The position numbers were made by a program, and so were the translations under genes. The notes below the pieces were generated by a model. That model searched no databases, was not told the DNA's origin, and saw only the letters and a program-made list of their open reading frames with translations. A stretch of 58,207 bases of DNA, the filler included, from Sphacelaria rigidula (Eukaryota), in assembly GCA_964200075.2 (NCBI GenBank). It is 6 parts of 6 records of this genome, joined end to end, with 100 filler letters (N's around TTAATTAATTAA, not from the genome) between each part and the next. Parts side by side here need not be neighbours in the genome. Positions count along the whole stretch, not along the records: positions 38,875 to 48,491 come from CAXNAA020008091.1; positions 48,592 to 58,207 come from CAXNAA020008092.1; 4 more parts are not named here. One strand, written 5' to 3'. Shown in pieces: positions 47,525 to 58,207 of the stretch; position 1 is the first letter of the stretch; each line of letters begins with the position of its first letter.

Positions 47525-48491
47525 TTTTTTCGCGGTTTTTGCCCGTTTTTCGGGTTTCCAGGGTTCTTCTCAGTGTTTTGGAAAAGGGGCGAAATATGGC
47601 TATTTTGGAGGCGACTGATTGATCATCTATCGGCCATTCGACCACGCTCGCTGCTGCGCAAACAGGAAAAAAAGGGCGCGATTCGACAAAAAAAACTCAA
47701 GATTTCAAAAACAAAATCGCCTACGGCATTGGACACGGCTAAGGTTCTATGTGATCACAAGGGACCTTACTCATGGGACAGAGGAAGTATGACATTTGTA
47801 TGGTATTTTGGGAGGAGGGCGAACATAAAAGCAAGGCAACAGAGCTGGAATCTTTTCAAATGGCGCACTTGCAGGTCCCTCATTTTTTATGCAGACCGAT
47901 CCGTAGGCTGAGCCAATCAAAATGGCGTGTCCGCATGGTTACTGCCTTTCCAGCAAATATAAATAGTGAGGGACCTCATCGTTGGAAGTTGAGACAGGGC
48001 AGATGGTGAGCATTCATCATTAGTGGCTTGTTAGAGGGTAGCCTTGCTTTTTCGACTTGCCATTTTGCTTCTTGACTGCCTATATGGTGGCCATTTGATG
48101 GGTGTGACATGCGTGAGTCATTTTGTGCGCGTGAGTATTCGCTGGGGACACAAGGCTTCAATGTTTGCAGTATTGGTGAGAACAAAAGGTGGGCCATGCT
48201 TTTCGGGCGGGTCGGTTGTCGAATCTACTTGAAAGCGAATGACAAACCGTTCTGAAAAAAGGATAATCTCATCACTCATCACTTGGCGGAATATTTCCTT
48301 GTAGTTCATGAGAATTTGCATCGTCCATATTTTTTCATGTGCCTCCCCACCGTGATCACACCCATGAGGCAGTGTAAAAGCCATGGCTGTCTCTGGAAGT
48401 GGCGATACCTCAGAATAAAGCAACTCATTGTAGGCTGTCATCCAAATGCAAGACAATCCGTAGGCTCCGGGCTGAACCGTCGTAGCAGAAT
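47525..48491 (-). mobile_element. Decayed TE-like segment sharing sequence with 12695-12910 and 28990-29057
   Basis: Two independent homologies to other contigs; fragmented minus-strand ORFs. Confidence 0.5.
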
Positions 48492-48591
48492 NNNNNNNNN
48501 NNNNNNNNNNNNNNNNNNNNNNNNNNNNNNNNNNNTTAATTAATTAANNNNNNNNNNNNNNNNNNNNNNNNNNNNNNNNNNNNNNNNNNNN
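48492..48591. other. Artificial contig spacer
   Basis: Same N44-TTAATTAATTAA-N44 structure. Confidence 0.97.
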
Positions 48592-48776
48592 GGAAAGCAC
48601 TGTTTTAGGCTTGAACCTCATCTCGGAGTTAAACCTCAATTCGCACAATTTGTTGTTGTTTGAAGAGATTTCACCATTTGAGAGAATATGCAATGCTCGA
48701 CCTCGCGTGCTAAAGACGTTCCTGACTGACAAAATGTATCTCCCCTTTCATCCATGCAGCATACGAGCCATAGGCA

Positions 48777-49032
48777 CACGTTCTTCGCCTACCTTTCACA
48801 GGAGGTGGGTCATAGGTGCGTGTTTCCCAATTTCCGTTCATGAGGCATAAATCATACGTACATGTTTTCCGCTTTCCATACATACGAGGTGAATCAAGCG
48901 CACATGTTTTCCAATATCCGTCCATGCAGCATGAACCATACGCACATGTTTCCAACCTTCGATTCATACGAGATGAATCAGTAAGTGTACATGTTTCCCA
49001 CCTATGATTTATACAGCAACTGTGATTCGTAC
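48777..49032 (-). repeat. Diverged 42-bp tandem repeat (about six units) with an 84-bp higher-order period, inside ORF 48710-49162
   Basis: Anchors CA(T/C)GTT or CGTGTT at 48777, 48819, 48861, 48903, 48945 and 48990; the stop-free frame gives TC/TR-initiated 14-aa units. Confidence 0.75.
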
Positions 49033-51001
49033 ATATGTTGCTCTCTTGCTCCGTCTGATGCTGCTTGTAGTGTACATATCCCCGGTTCATTATCCGTGCG
49101 GTATGACCTTGAACGTACAACTTCACCATCCGTGATTCGTACCAGATGACTCTTTGGTACACGGTTCGCCTTCAACATATTTCATGGCGAGTCGACCCGT
49201 ATGAACTCTAATTCGTCCGAACCGAGAGTGTATGATGCGTCGCGTGTATTTTGTAGGAAGTGGATACAGCGACAATACCAACAAATATCAGGGAAGGAGT
49301 AACAAGTGAGGATCATCGTTCCACCCCGTCGCTGCGATGTTTGCTTTGATTGGTCAAGCTCTGGAGTTTGTCCGTATAGTTTTGTCGGGTACTCGGAGCC
49401 AACACCGAAGTGTTCGCTGAGCGGACCTATACGGGTAGTGCCTTTCGACACCCTTACGTTGACTGGCGAAATAGCCAGGCTATCTCCATCGCCATGATGT
49501 AACGGCGGCTCAATGATACATTCGTGCCTTTTAACGATGAGGGGGGGCATGCACGGGAGAGCACGGTGGTGGTGGTAAGTATCAACAGTGGGCAATTAAA
49601 TGTCGCGGTAGTCCCCTCCCTCGAAAAAGCGGGTTTAAGTGGGTATGATCTACTGTGCATGCGAATCGAAGTGACAAAAGCCGAGCGCTCTGACCAGCTA
49701 GAAACTCCCACGCTTGGGGTCCTTTTCACCAATATCGTACTTTGTGACAATTCGGCAAACCATGAAACTCAACACAACACATGAAAACAAAAAAAAACTC
49801 TCGCAACAACGCTACGACCAACCAGGACTTGCAAGTGTACACGTTAAGCAGTTCGAGACCAAGCACGAGAATCAACCTCCACTTTTTGTACTTCCTGTGT
49901 CTAGGGTCAAGTGTCTGCTTTCTACCCTCTTACTTCTCTCGTACAGAAAAAACGCGACCGAGCGATGGTCAAGCAACGGACATACCCACGATGCATGTCA
50001 AAACGAAGACATGGAACTACAACAAGAGTCCCAAATAAAAGGCGCACTCTAGCGCGATAAAAGTGAACCGAGCTCCACACCCACCACACTCACTGCACGC
50101 ACCGCAACCCGAATCAAACAGTCACAAAGAGTGCACAACACACGTATATACATCAACACATGGGAACAGACTCTCGCGGCAAACAGTCTCTACATCTCGC
50201 ACACCACCGTCGCGGGCAGAAGCGCCACACAAGCAACAACAAAGCAGGTATTTATACGTATGTACCCCTAACCCTAACACTAACATTTGGAGTCTTGCAA
50301 ACCCCAATATTTTCTAAATACCCACCATGGTATTTCAACAATTCCTACAAGAGTTACAGCGTCATCGGTGTCTCGCTGTAACCCGTGCCCCCCATGCAGC
50401 CCATGATGTACTCCATATTCTCTGTGCCAACACCAGCGTATCAACACGACGACAGGACGCAACATATTAAAAAATCTGATACGCGAAGTCTCGGGAATCA
50501 GGAACACAAAACGCTACCACACGGCTCCAGGTAAGGAGTAGAGATTCAACAAAAATCGTGCAGCTCGCAAACCCATTCCATGTACAACCCTCAATAAACC
50601 ATGACAAATAATAAATGAGTAAATAATTGAAAAGGTAACAGGTGAACCATATAGGTAAGACGGTAGCATATACGACCGGCCCGCCACAGCGCTCGGAAGC
50701 GTTTGGAGAGGAGGGGGGGGGGGAACCCGAGAACTCTCGAGCGCACAAAAAAATGAAAAATGAAAAGCCAAACGATCAAGAAGAGATAACAGTTCCAGGC
50801 CATGAACAGAAAGACATCAGGACGTCCCAAAATGGATACCGACAACTGTTACACCACCACAACACACAACTATTATATAACGACAACAATGACAGCGACG
50901 AAATCCGCCCAGACGAAACCAATTTTCATGTGCAGAAGGTTGGTAACTGGAGGAAAAATCGAGGCAGGACGGTCGTTCTAAAAACACAGCTGCACAGCCG
51001 G

Positions 51002-51610
51002 TTATTGGTCAAAACCATCTGCACCCGGATACATCGCGCCATCGTGTCGCGATGCAACGGCCGCCCCGGTCACGCTCGTCCACACATCCGTCTCCGAAGC
51101 CCGGGGTGAGGAAGGCGGAGCGGGCGGCGGCGACGGTAACATTCCCAGTAATACGGTCCCTTGCCGCCCACCCTCTCGCTCAACACCTGTCCCCACCCCT
51201 CTCTCCTCTGTACCCCCTCCTCGTTTTTTTCTGGAGGATCGCTTACCGCCGCTGCCGATGCCGTCTTCGTTGACGCCCGCAACGCTGTTACCGTCGACAG
51301 CTACTACTTCGCCTCCGTGCATGGGTGCGGGGAGGGTGTTCCCATCTCTTGGAGGGGTTCGGCTAAGCGTTCGGTTACTTTTGGCAGACATTCCGCCGCT
51401 GCCGCCGCCGGCGGCGGCTTCATTGATGATGGTTGTGGTTGAAGACTCGGTCGTGGTCGGGGATGATGCCGGTTTGTTCAGCTTGTGCTGATGCAGGTGT
51501 TGCTGGTGATAAGGCAACTTGGCGTTAACGGCCTCCCGGAAGCTCGCGGAACTGTTTTGGTACACCGAGGTCAACGACTGTATTCGCAGGTCCTTGAGCT
51601 GTAGAAGTTT
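51002..51610 (-). CDS. Terminal exon of an unknown low-complexity coiled-coil protein
   Basis: CAACAG| KLLQLKDLRIQSLTSVYQ...GADGFDQ*; GC-rich, phase 0, continues the helix EEREAMYE of the previous exon. Confidence 0.7.
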   Translation of the reverse strand, partial: KLLQLKDLRIQSLTSVYQNSSASFREAVNAKLPYHQQHLHQHKLNKPASSPTTTESSTTTIINEAAAGGGSGGMSAKSNRTLSRTPPRDGNTLPAPMHGGEVVAVDGNSVAGVNEDGIGSGGKRSSRKKRGGGTEERGVGTGVEREGGRQGTVLLGMLPSPPPAPPSSPRASETDVWTSVTGAAVASRHDGAMYPGADGFDQ

Positions 51611-51695
51611 CTGTTGGTTATTTATGTGTATAGGCAAGCCCGAGGGGAAGGGGGGTGGACGTGGACGTGGACGTGGACGTGTGAGAACATTGACA

Positions 51696-51880
51696 TAATC
51701 GATTGATTGATAATTGATTGATTATCGCACGTTAACTGATCCTCAACCAACTCAGCCGTGGTCGCACGATCGTACGCGCCTAAGTTGAACAAACGGAAAC
51801 AATCGCTGGAGAAATCTCGAGGAAGGGGAAGACGAATAATGATACAACAAACGGAGTAGGTTGTACAAAAACGAGACACA
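51696..51880 (-). repeat. (CAAT)n-tailed repeat, copy 3 (intronic)
   Basis: (ATTG)n followed by TCGCACGTTAACTGATCC...CAGCCGTGGTCGCACGAT. Confidence 0.55.
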
Positions 51881-51894
51881 AAGTAAAGGGAGGG

Positions 51895-51933
<39 letters not shown>

Positions 51934-52846
51934 GAGAAACCTTCTTTAATAAAAGTGAGGATGGTGACCAAAAAAATTGCCTGCCCGTGAGGGNNNNNNN
52001 NNNGGAAGGGGGGGGAGTGAGGGGGGGAGGTGGGGGGGGGGGTGGTGGGGGGGGGGGGGGGGGGGGGGGGGGGGAGGAGGAGAGCGAGAGAAACCGTTCT
52101 TGATCAAAGTGATGATGGTGAACGACAAAATTGCCGGCTCCTGCAGGTGAAAAGGTCGCGAAAAACACCCCGAAAAAAACACACGACAACGAACAAAACA
52201 AAACCAAACAATACGTGGAAGCAGACTGCGGCTCAGCTGTTTCGGAAGCACACCATATGTGGCCATGAACTCTCACCCACTAGCCCCAGAGGAGCAAAAC
52301 ACGAACAGTGCTACATTATTAGAAAAAATGAGCTAAACAAAATGAAAACAAAGGGTGATGACGGTAGGAGGAGTGATTTCTGATCGGCATGAATAATTAA
52401 AATGAAAGACGAAAGGGCGCGGGACCCATGAGGATTCACTATTGCAATCGATGTCTGCAGAAGTTCACGCGCTGAAAGCGTCAGCTGCGCCGTTGTGTGT
52501 TTGTGGTTCGGGCGGCGAAACCTTGGGATATGTGCGTGGGTTGAAGCGGAGATCTGTCACGCACGGCTATTACTGACAGGAATTACTGCGAGAGGGAGCA
52601 TCGACTGTATGCGCGCGTTCGTTTTCAGGTCTTACCGGACGGCCGACTACACGAAATACTGTGCACATGAAAGCGCTTCGTACTTGAGAAATCACACACT
52701 CCTGTCGATTTTGAATATCAAACACAAGTACAATACGCTTCCGCCCCCCCCCCACAGCCCCCTTCCTTGCGGCAGCACGAACTCAAACACCATCGCATAC
52801 AACAATGAATCAAACCAGATCAAACATGCCTATACTGTGTAAATAC

Positions 52847-53582
52847 CTCGTACATCGCCTCTCGCTCCTCGTAGCTCTTCTCTAGGCACACCACCCGTGC
52901 ACGGAGTCGATTCATCTCCGCCATCGCATCCTCATCGTATAGCACGACGCCGCCGCCATTCCTGTCGCCGCCGCCCGCCCGCTCCCCTTCCCCAGCTATC
53001 GCCGTCACTGCCGCTCTTTCCACCGCCGCCGCAGCCAGCCCCGCCGCCGCGGCCGCTTCTGCCGCCGACGATGATCGCAGAACGCTGCCGTCTATCCCGA
53101 CAGCACCGACCTCTTCCTCGCCTTCGACGCCCTCGACTTCACCAACAGCCTGCTCACGCTGCCACCGCTGTTGTCGTAGTGGTGGCGGCGGTGATGGGAG
53201 CGGCCGTTCCAAGTCTACCCACATTCGCCTACGTTCACTCGGTCTTTCCACAGATGCAGGCGGCGCCGGAGGCGCCGGTGCCCACGCCCCGACCGACTTT
53301 CTCCTCCTACTGCTACCCTTCTTGCGGCTGGGCGTCGTCGCCATCGGCGTCGCATCCGGTGAAACCGTCGGCGTTATGGCCATCGCGACGAACGGTGAAT
53401 CCGGAGGCTCGATTCTTGCCGTCGCTCTCCATCCTGTCGGCATCTGTCCTGCAACGGTCGACGAGGGAGACGGCGCGTCCGCGGCTACCCCCGGTGCCGC
53501 CGGCGCTGAGGCGGACCAAGAGGTAATCGTCTCTTTTTCCCACTCGCGGGGTGTGGTGCCACCCCAGGATTCGTCGTCGCTG
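52847..53582 (-). CDS. Internal exon of the same unknown protein
   Basis: GACAG|C (phase 2) SDDESWGG...MAEMNRLRARVVCLEKSYEEREAMYE |GTATTT; GC-rich, Pro/Ala/Ser-rich. Confidence 0.75.
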
Positions 53583-54202
53583 CTGTCGGGGATATCAAGT
53601 GCGAAGGGGCAGTAGGAGAGGGATTCGAGAGGGGGATGGGGGGTTGGGAACACCGGGATGGTGATGCAAAGGCATGCATGCATGCGATGAATGTTATCGG
53701 TGAAGCAAACGTTTTTTTTCCCATGAATTGAGTGACTCTGTTTGCTTTGCTTGTTTCATGTGTGCTCGTGCGTGCGAGCGCGCGCGTGTAGGTGCCTGCG
53801 TGTGCGTGTGCGCGTGCTGTGACCCATTCCATCAACGTACAAGAATTATCGCTGGCTTCCAAAAATGCACGCGAGGATTATATGTGTAATTTGTACGTAC
53901 GCAGCGTGCTTTTTACAGAAATTGTTGCTGAAAAAAGTACAAAAGTGCCAACCACACACTACAATCGGTCAATATAACCGCGGAAACAGGAACAACAGCA
54001 TAAGTGACAACACCACCAACATTCCCCATTACAACCAGCAAACACCCGCGCCACCTCTCCCTCCCCCTCTCCGTCGGTCCGCCCGCGAGCGAGAGGGTCA
54101 TGAGGACTCCTTCCCACTCCCTCCCCTTTAGGCCGCTTTTCCTTGACCAGCGACGCAACATCCCATGAAAAAACAAAAGCCGAAAGCAAGACAAAAGCAC
54201 AC

Positions 54203-54451
54203 CTGCTAGCCCTCATGTCGTCCCCGCCGTAAGAACCACTGAACGACACCGCTCTGCTGAGGGACGGCGGGGTCGACCACCTGCTATTCTGCCTTAACGG
54301 ACCGCTGCCGCCGTGTCCGCGTGGGGCATTCCCCCGCTCCGCCCTCGCTGCCGAGCGCGACCCTCGGCCACGGGTAGGGGACAAAACCGACGCCGTCCCG
54401 GGGGACAAAAATCCCGCGCGAACCCCCGCAGACACACCACGCCTCGGATAT
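54203..54451 (-). CDS. Internal exon of the same unknown protein
   Basis: GACAG|A YPRRGVSAG...GGDDMRAS AG|GTGTGC; the phase-2 donor matches the next acceptor (AG+C = Ser). Confidence 0.7.
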
Positions 54452-55401
54452 CTGTCATGTATTAATCGTATTTTGGGTTAGGGTCCGGCACTAAACATGT
54501 GGATTTGTCGCGACTTCGGGGGCGGGTGGGGGGATAACGAGTGTATATACATGGAGAGAGTACGTGAGGGAAATATCAACACAAAATGGTGGACAATCGT
54601 GGAACGTAGATACGTGGTAATTGCAGGCCGCGGGACGGGGCTGGGATCAACGGGGACGGCAGGGTTTGTTCGACAAATCAAGGTGCCCTATAGGCTACTT
54701 GTACCACGGTTTCCGTGATTGTAGCGGTGGTGATCAAGCGCTCCGTCGAAAAAAGACATCTCGGGCTTTCCGTGTCTTTGTTCTTCCCAGCAGACGCCAA
54801 CAGTCCTACAATACCGCAGCATGACACATCGACACTCACGAAAACGATCACATCAAAAACCTAGGGTTAAATTTCACGTGCGAACAACAACAACAACAAC
54901 AACAACAACGAGTAGCCCCGTCTGCCCACCGCTTGTATGGGGGTGTCGTGTTTCTGTAGGTTAATCAGCATCCATTTTTCGAGTCACTGTCGATCGGCCA
55001 GCCTACCACGCGCATCAAAACCTCAAAGCTGGCCATGACATAATGAGGAGGAAAAGATGAACAAAACAGAAAACGGTTGCGATAGACGTGCAACATGCAA
55101 TATTGTATTACTTCACACCTGTTGGGGGCAGTCGGCGTACCCCCTTCCATCCTTCGCGCGTCGCGGAGCCTATAGTCATGAACCTGTACCATTGGCACCC
55201 AGGAAACCGAGACAAGAGGCGGCACATAGACACACACACAGACGAATGATATACTAAAACACAGTGCCAGAAAAAGAGTACTCATCATATCTTGGCTATC
55301 AACCGTACCAAAACTCTGCAACAACAAGCGAAATGAATATTTCGACTCTTTCGGTCGAGATCTCTCGCCGCGCTTCCATCATTTCACTCGCCACAGTTGC
55401 T

Positions 55402-55742
55402 GCCACGCCCCGGCGGCCTAAATCAAAATGTTACAACTGACATAAGTGGATCGGAAACCACGCGAGTTTGATTCCTGCCGGATGTATCCGTTTTTTTCAA
55501 CCATGTTTGATTCCCGTTGTTAAAAGCGTGAGGACGTGAGGAGGATTGAAAAAAAAAGTGTAGTTCGATGAACATTGTTTGACGACGGTCAACGCGGTGC
55601 GGGAGTGGTGCTGATCCCATCCGCGAGAGACGAAAATACAAGGCGTGTGCCTTACCGAGGCAGAGATGGCTTGACTCATTGACACCACGGATCCCTTCAG
55701 AGGAAAGGGAAGGGTTGAAAGTGTCACGAAAAAATACAAAAT
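55402..55742 (+). mobile_element. Diverged full-length copy of the SINE family
   Basis: GCCACGCCCCGG head, GAGTTTGATTCC B-box relic, ACGCGGTGCGGGAGTG..GCTGATCCCATCCGCGAGA body and A-rich tail. Confidence 0.75.
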
Positions 55743-55988
55743 GAGAAGCGCACGGGGTCCTGACACTTCCAGAGTGCTGGACATCGGCGTGCTCTCAACA
55801 ACCTCCCACGAAAAGTGTTCATCCAGAACAAGGCAGCTTGCTAGCTGATCCGATTTCCCCATTAAGGGGGTGATCCGACAAAACTCCACGGACGCCGACT
55901 TCATAGCCAGGCCACGAACACAGCCCTCACGGAAGTCTGCCTTTCGTGGATCCATAATGTTCTCGATTGGCGTCACCGGGGGTGTTTG

Positions 55989-55992
<4 letters not shown>

Positions 55993-56045
<53 letters not shown>

Positions 56046-56064
56046 TGTGCGCGCGCGCGCGCGC
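55993..56064. repeat. (TG)n followed by (CG)n alternating purine-pyrimidine tract
   Basis: Directly visible; other (TG)n tracts at ~26625, ~32119 and ~32965. Confidence 0.95.
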
Positions 56065-57569
56065 ACGTGCGTGCATGCGTGTAAATTTTCGAGAGGGGGC
56101 GTGGCCCCAGTATAGACACTCGCGGGAGTGTCCCCTTTAGCAAGTACTTCATCACGTTGCCGTACGCTCCCCTTCATGAGTAGCTTTGCTATTTTGCGAG
56201 AAGCTCCCAGAGGTATTCTTCTTCTGCCGGATTAAGGATGAGAACTTTTCCCTTCTTACTTTCGTCTAGCTCGCATTAACCTTCGATCTCTCTTCGTGTG
56301 GGCTGTTGTTACCTCACCGTCGGACTTTCGGACAAGCGCAGTGTCTTGAGGTCAAGTTGGGTCTTTTGCAATCATCGTATTTACGAACCAATACAAGCAA
56401 TGCAGTTTGCGAGAATCTCCTTTCTTCTTTTTTCGCGGTGCTTGACGCTGAAGTTACGCGTAACTCTTGGTCTTCTGATCGCGTACTGGACGGTTCTTCA
56501 AACGACGCATTTCGGACAAGGAATCGCCTTTGGTGTCGCCGATGTCAAAAGATGATGAGCCCTCGACAGACACTCTTGACAATCGACCTCTTCAATACGA
56601 TACTATCCACATCACCCCCTCCACACACACATAGAATGAGGCTGATTCAGAAATTAGGCGAATAATTTCGGCTCGTGCCAACATTCCGCCATGTTGCAGG
56701 CTCATGAGTGTATGGACCTATCGGCGTATGTGGTGATACAACACGACGTGGACGCAAAACCTGGCGCTGGTAGCAATTAAGCTAACCGAAGAGCGTGAAG
56801 AGTGCACGAGACAGGAATATGATTATGTTTCAAAAGGGCGCTTACGGCCACCAAAAAGTTGAACAATGGACTGCGTCAAATATCCAAGGGATACTGAAAA
56901 ATGACGATGGAAGAATTGACGATTGGAGAAGAGGAGAATGAGCAGCGTGCTGTTGGTCTCTTGTCGCCTAGCCTCCTGCTACGTTATCGAAGCTCCCACC
57001 CCTGATGCCTCACGTACCTTCTCGAAAGCCGGGTTCTACATACCTACATGACTGTACATCTACAACCGTAAAAAAAATTCCTTGCGGAAGCGGAATTTCC
57101 TCGGACTTCCTGTGAACATTCCTAGCTCTACAACATCATATACATTGTTTTACGTACACATACGTATGTACGTATCGTAGAACTAACTCCAGAAGTGCCG
57201 ACACAACGTTCTCACTGTGACACAGCGCAATACCTGTTACGACTGCGACAATAACTTGACAATGCTACGACGAACTCAACTTTGCTTAGATAGGTAGATA
57301 ATCTAAACCCCTATCCTCATCAGGGCCTACAGTATGTATACAACACAGAGTAGCACGCGCGGGTGATACACCTATTTGGAGCCTGAAGAGTTATCACCCA
57401 CAAGTGCAATTTCAGTCGGGGTGGTATACAACGTATTTTCAACACAGTATTGCAGATACCGACATGGTGCCAACAAAAACCGGATAGCGATCGCGCGGTT
57501 GTGTACTGCTCACGAAGTGGTGGTATTTAGCGTATCATTGTATACTGTAGCGCACATATACCAAAGTGT

Positions 57570-57650
57570 CAGACACGTACGGGAAGAGGGGCGGGTCGAT
57601 CCCTCGAAAACTGCGGAGCCATCCCCAGGAAGGGGAAAGGATTACAACGG
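57570..57650 (+). mobile_element. Old SINE 3' fragment
   Basis: GGGTCGATCCCTCGAAAACTGCGGAGCCATCCCCAGGAAGGGGAAAGG resembles the SINE 3' region. Confidence 0.5.
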
Positions 57651-58207
57651 TGCTTGGGATAGGGTACATACCGTGAGGGACCCTTCTTCAGGGTAATTTT
57701 CAATACCCAATACTCCAAGGGTATCCAGGATATCGACTGCCGAAAGTACCGACATGAAGAATATCCAGAATATCTACTCGAGGACTAGGGTCGAAACTCG
57801 TAAGAGTAGGACGACGCGTGTAATGCGCCAAGTCGACATCGGGTTTTAGTGGGTTCGACTCCCACACTGCCTTGAGCAAAGCTTTCCGATCGCTCGAGGC
57901 GCCTACCCCAGACTGCTGCCGAGATAGCCCCCATCCGAACCGGCCAAAAAAGTGCACGGAGGCGATGATCATGAATGCCGCTAGAGCTGGCTTCTGTTTG
58001 CACGACGCGACTCATTTGGGCGTAATAGCTTACTCCGGACTTCTACACGCCTCTCATGTGGGCGAAATTGCTGCAAACGAGCCCAATAGTGGGATCGCAG
58101 TCGGTTTGTCCGACCGTCTCCGGTGCACTTTTCGTGGGGGGGGGGGGGTATCTCGGCATTAATACCCGTATAACTGCCGCGAGGCGATCTAGCCGAGACT
58201 CCGGGTC

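Noticed and set aside
47760..48491. A second OTU-like domain (MSHP, IYICWKGSNH)
   Set aside because: The fragments lie in different frames and there is no DGxCL Cys box; too weak without a consensus
9621..48591. Regular ~9.72-kb spacing of a palindromic TTAATTAATTAA motif as a biological array
   Set aside because: The motif is always centred in exactly 88 Ns; it is an assembly linker
55605..55640. Hammerhead-ribozyme-like CTGA...CCGCGAGA..CGAAA in the SINE body
   Set aside because: The required CUGANGA core is absent (CTGATCC or CTGACCC), GAAA is not conserved in other copies, and I found no stems I/III

Overview
This is eukaryotic, intron-rich and repeat-rich nuclear DNA. A brown alga (Phaeophyceae) or related stramenopile is my inference from the short GT-AG exons in long introns, the gene set and the repeat types. 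It is not one locus. Five identical 100-bp spacers (N44-TTAATTAATTAA-N44, a six-frame stop linker) join six contigs of 9620, 9619, 9618, 9617, 9617 and 9616 bp, which looks like a length-sorted concatenation, so no linkage across spacers can be inferred. Host exons: a probable mitochondrial uL29m/MRPL47 first exon head-to-head with an L-type lectin (VIP36/ERGIC-53-like) first exon, an EF-hand exon, three UDP-sugar pyrophosphorylase exons, two alpha/beta-hydrolase exons, a FadH-type 2,4-dienoyl-CoA reductase exon, and three exons of an unknown low-complexity coiled-coil protein. Most of the rest is mobile DNA: an internally deleted Ty3/Gypsy element, APE-type LINE relics (one with a twin-priming-like inversion junction), a tRNA-headed SINE family and three MITE families. 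The most unusual items are a decayed Sola2-like transposase followed by an OTU deubiquitinase domain, MITEs with GAG..CTC ends and 4-bp TSDs, a ~2-kb palindrome-of-palindromes, and a 42/84-bp Cys-rich coding repeat. I found no CRISPR array, rRNA or intact tRNA, and I cannot show an intact novel multi-gene system. All family assignments come from motif recognition by eye, not from searches.
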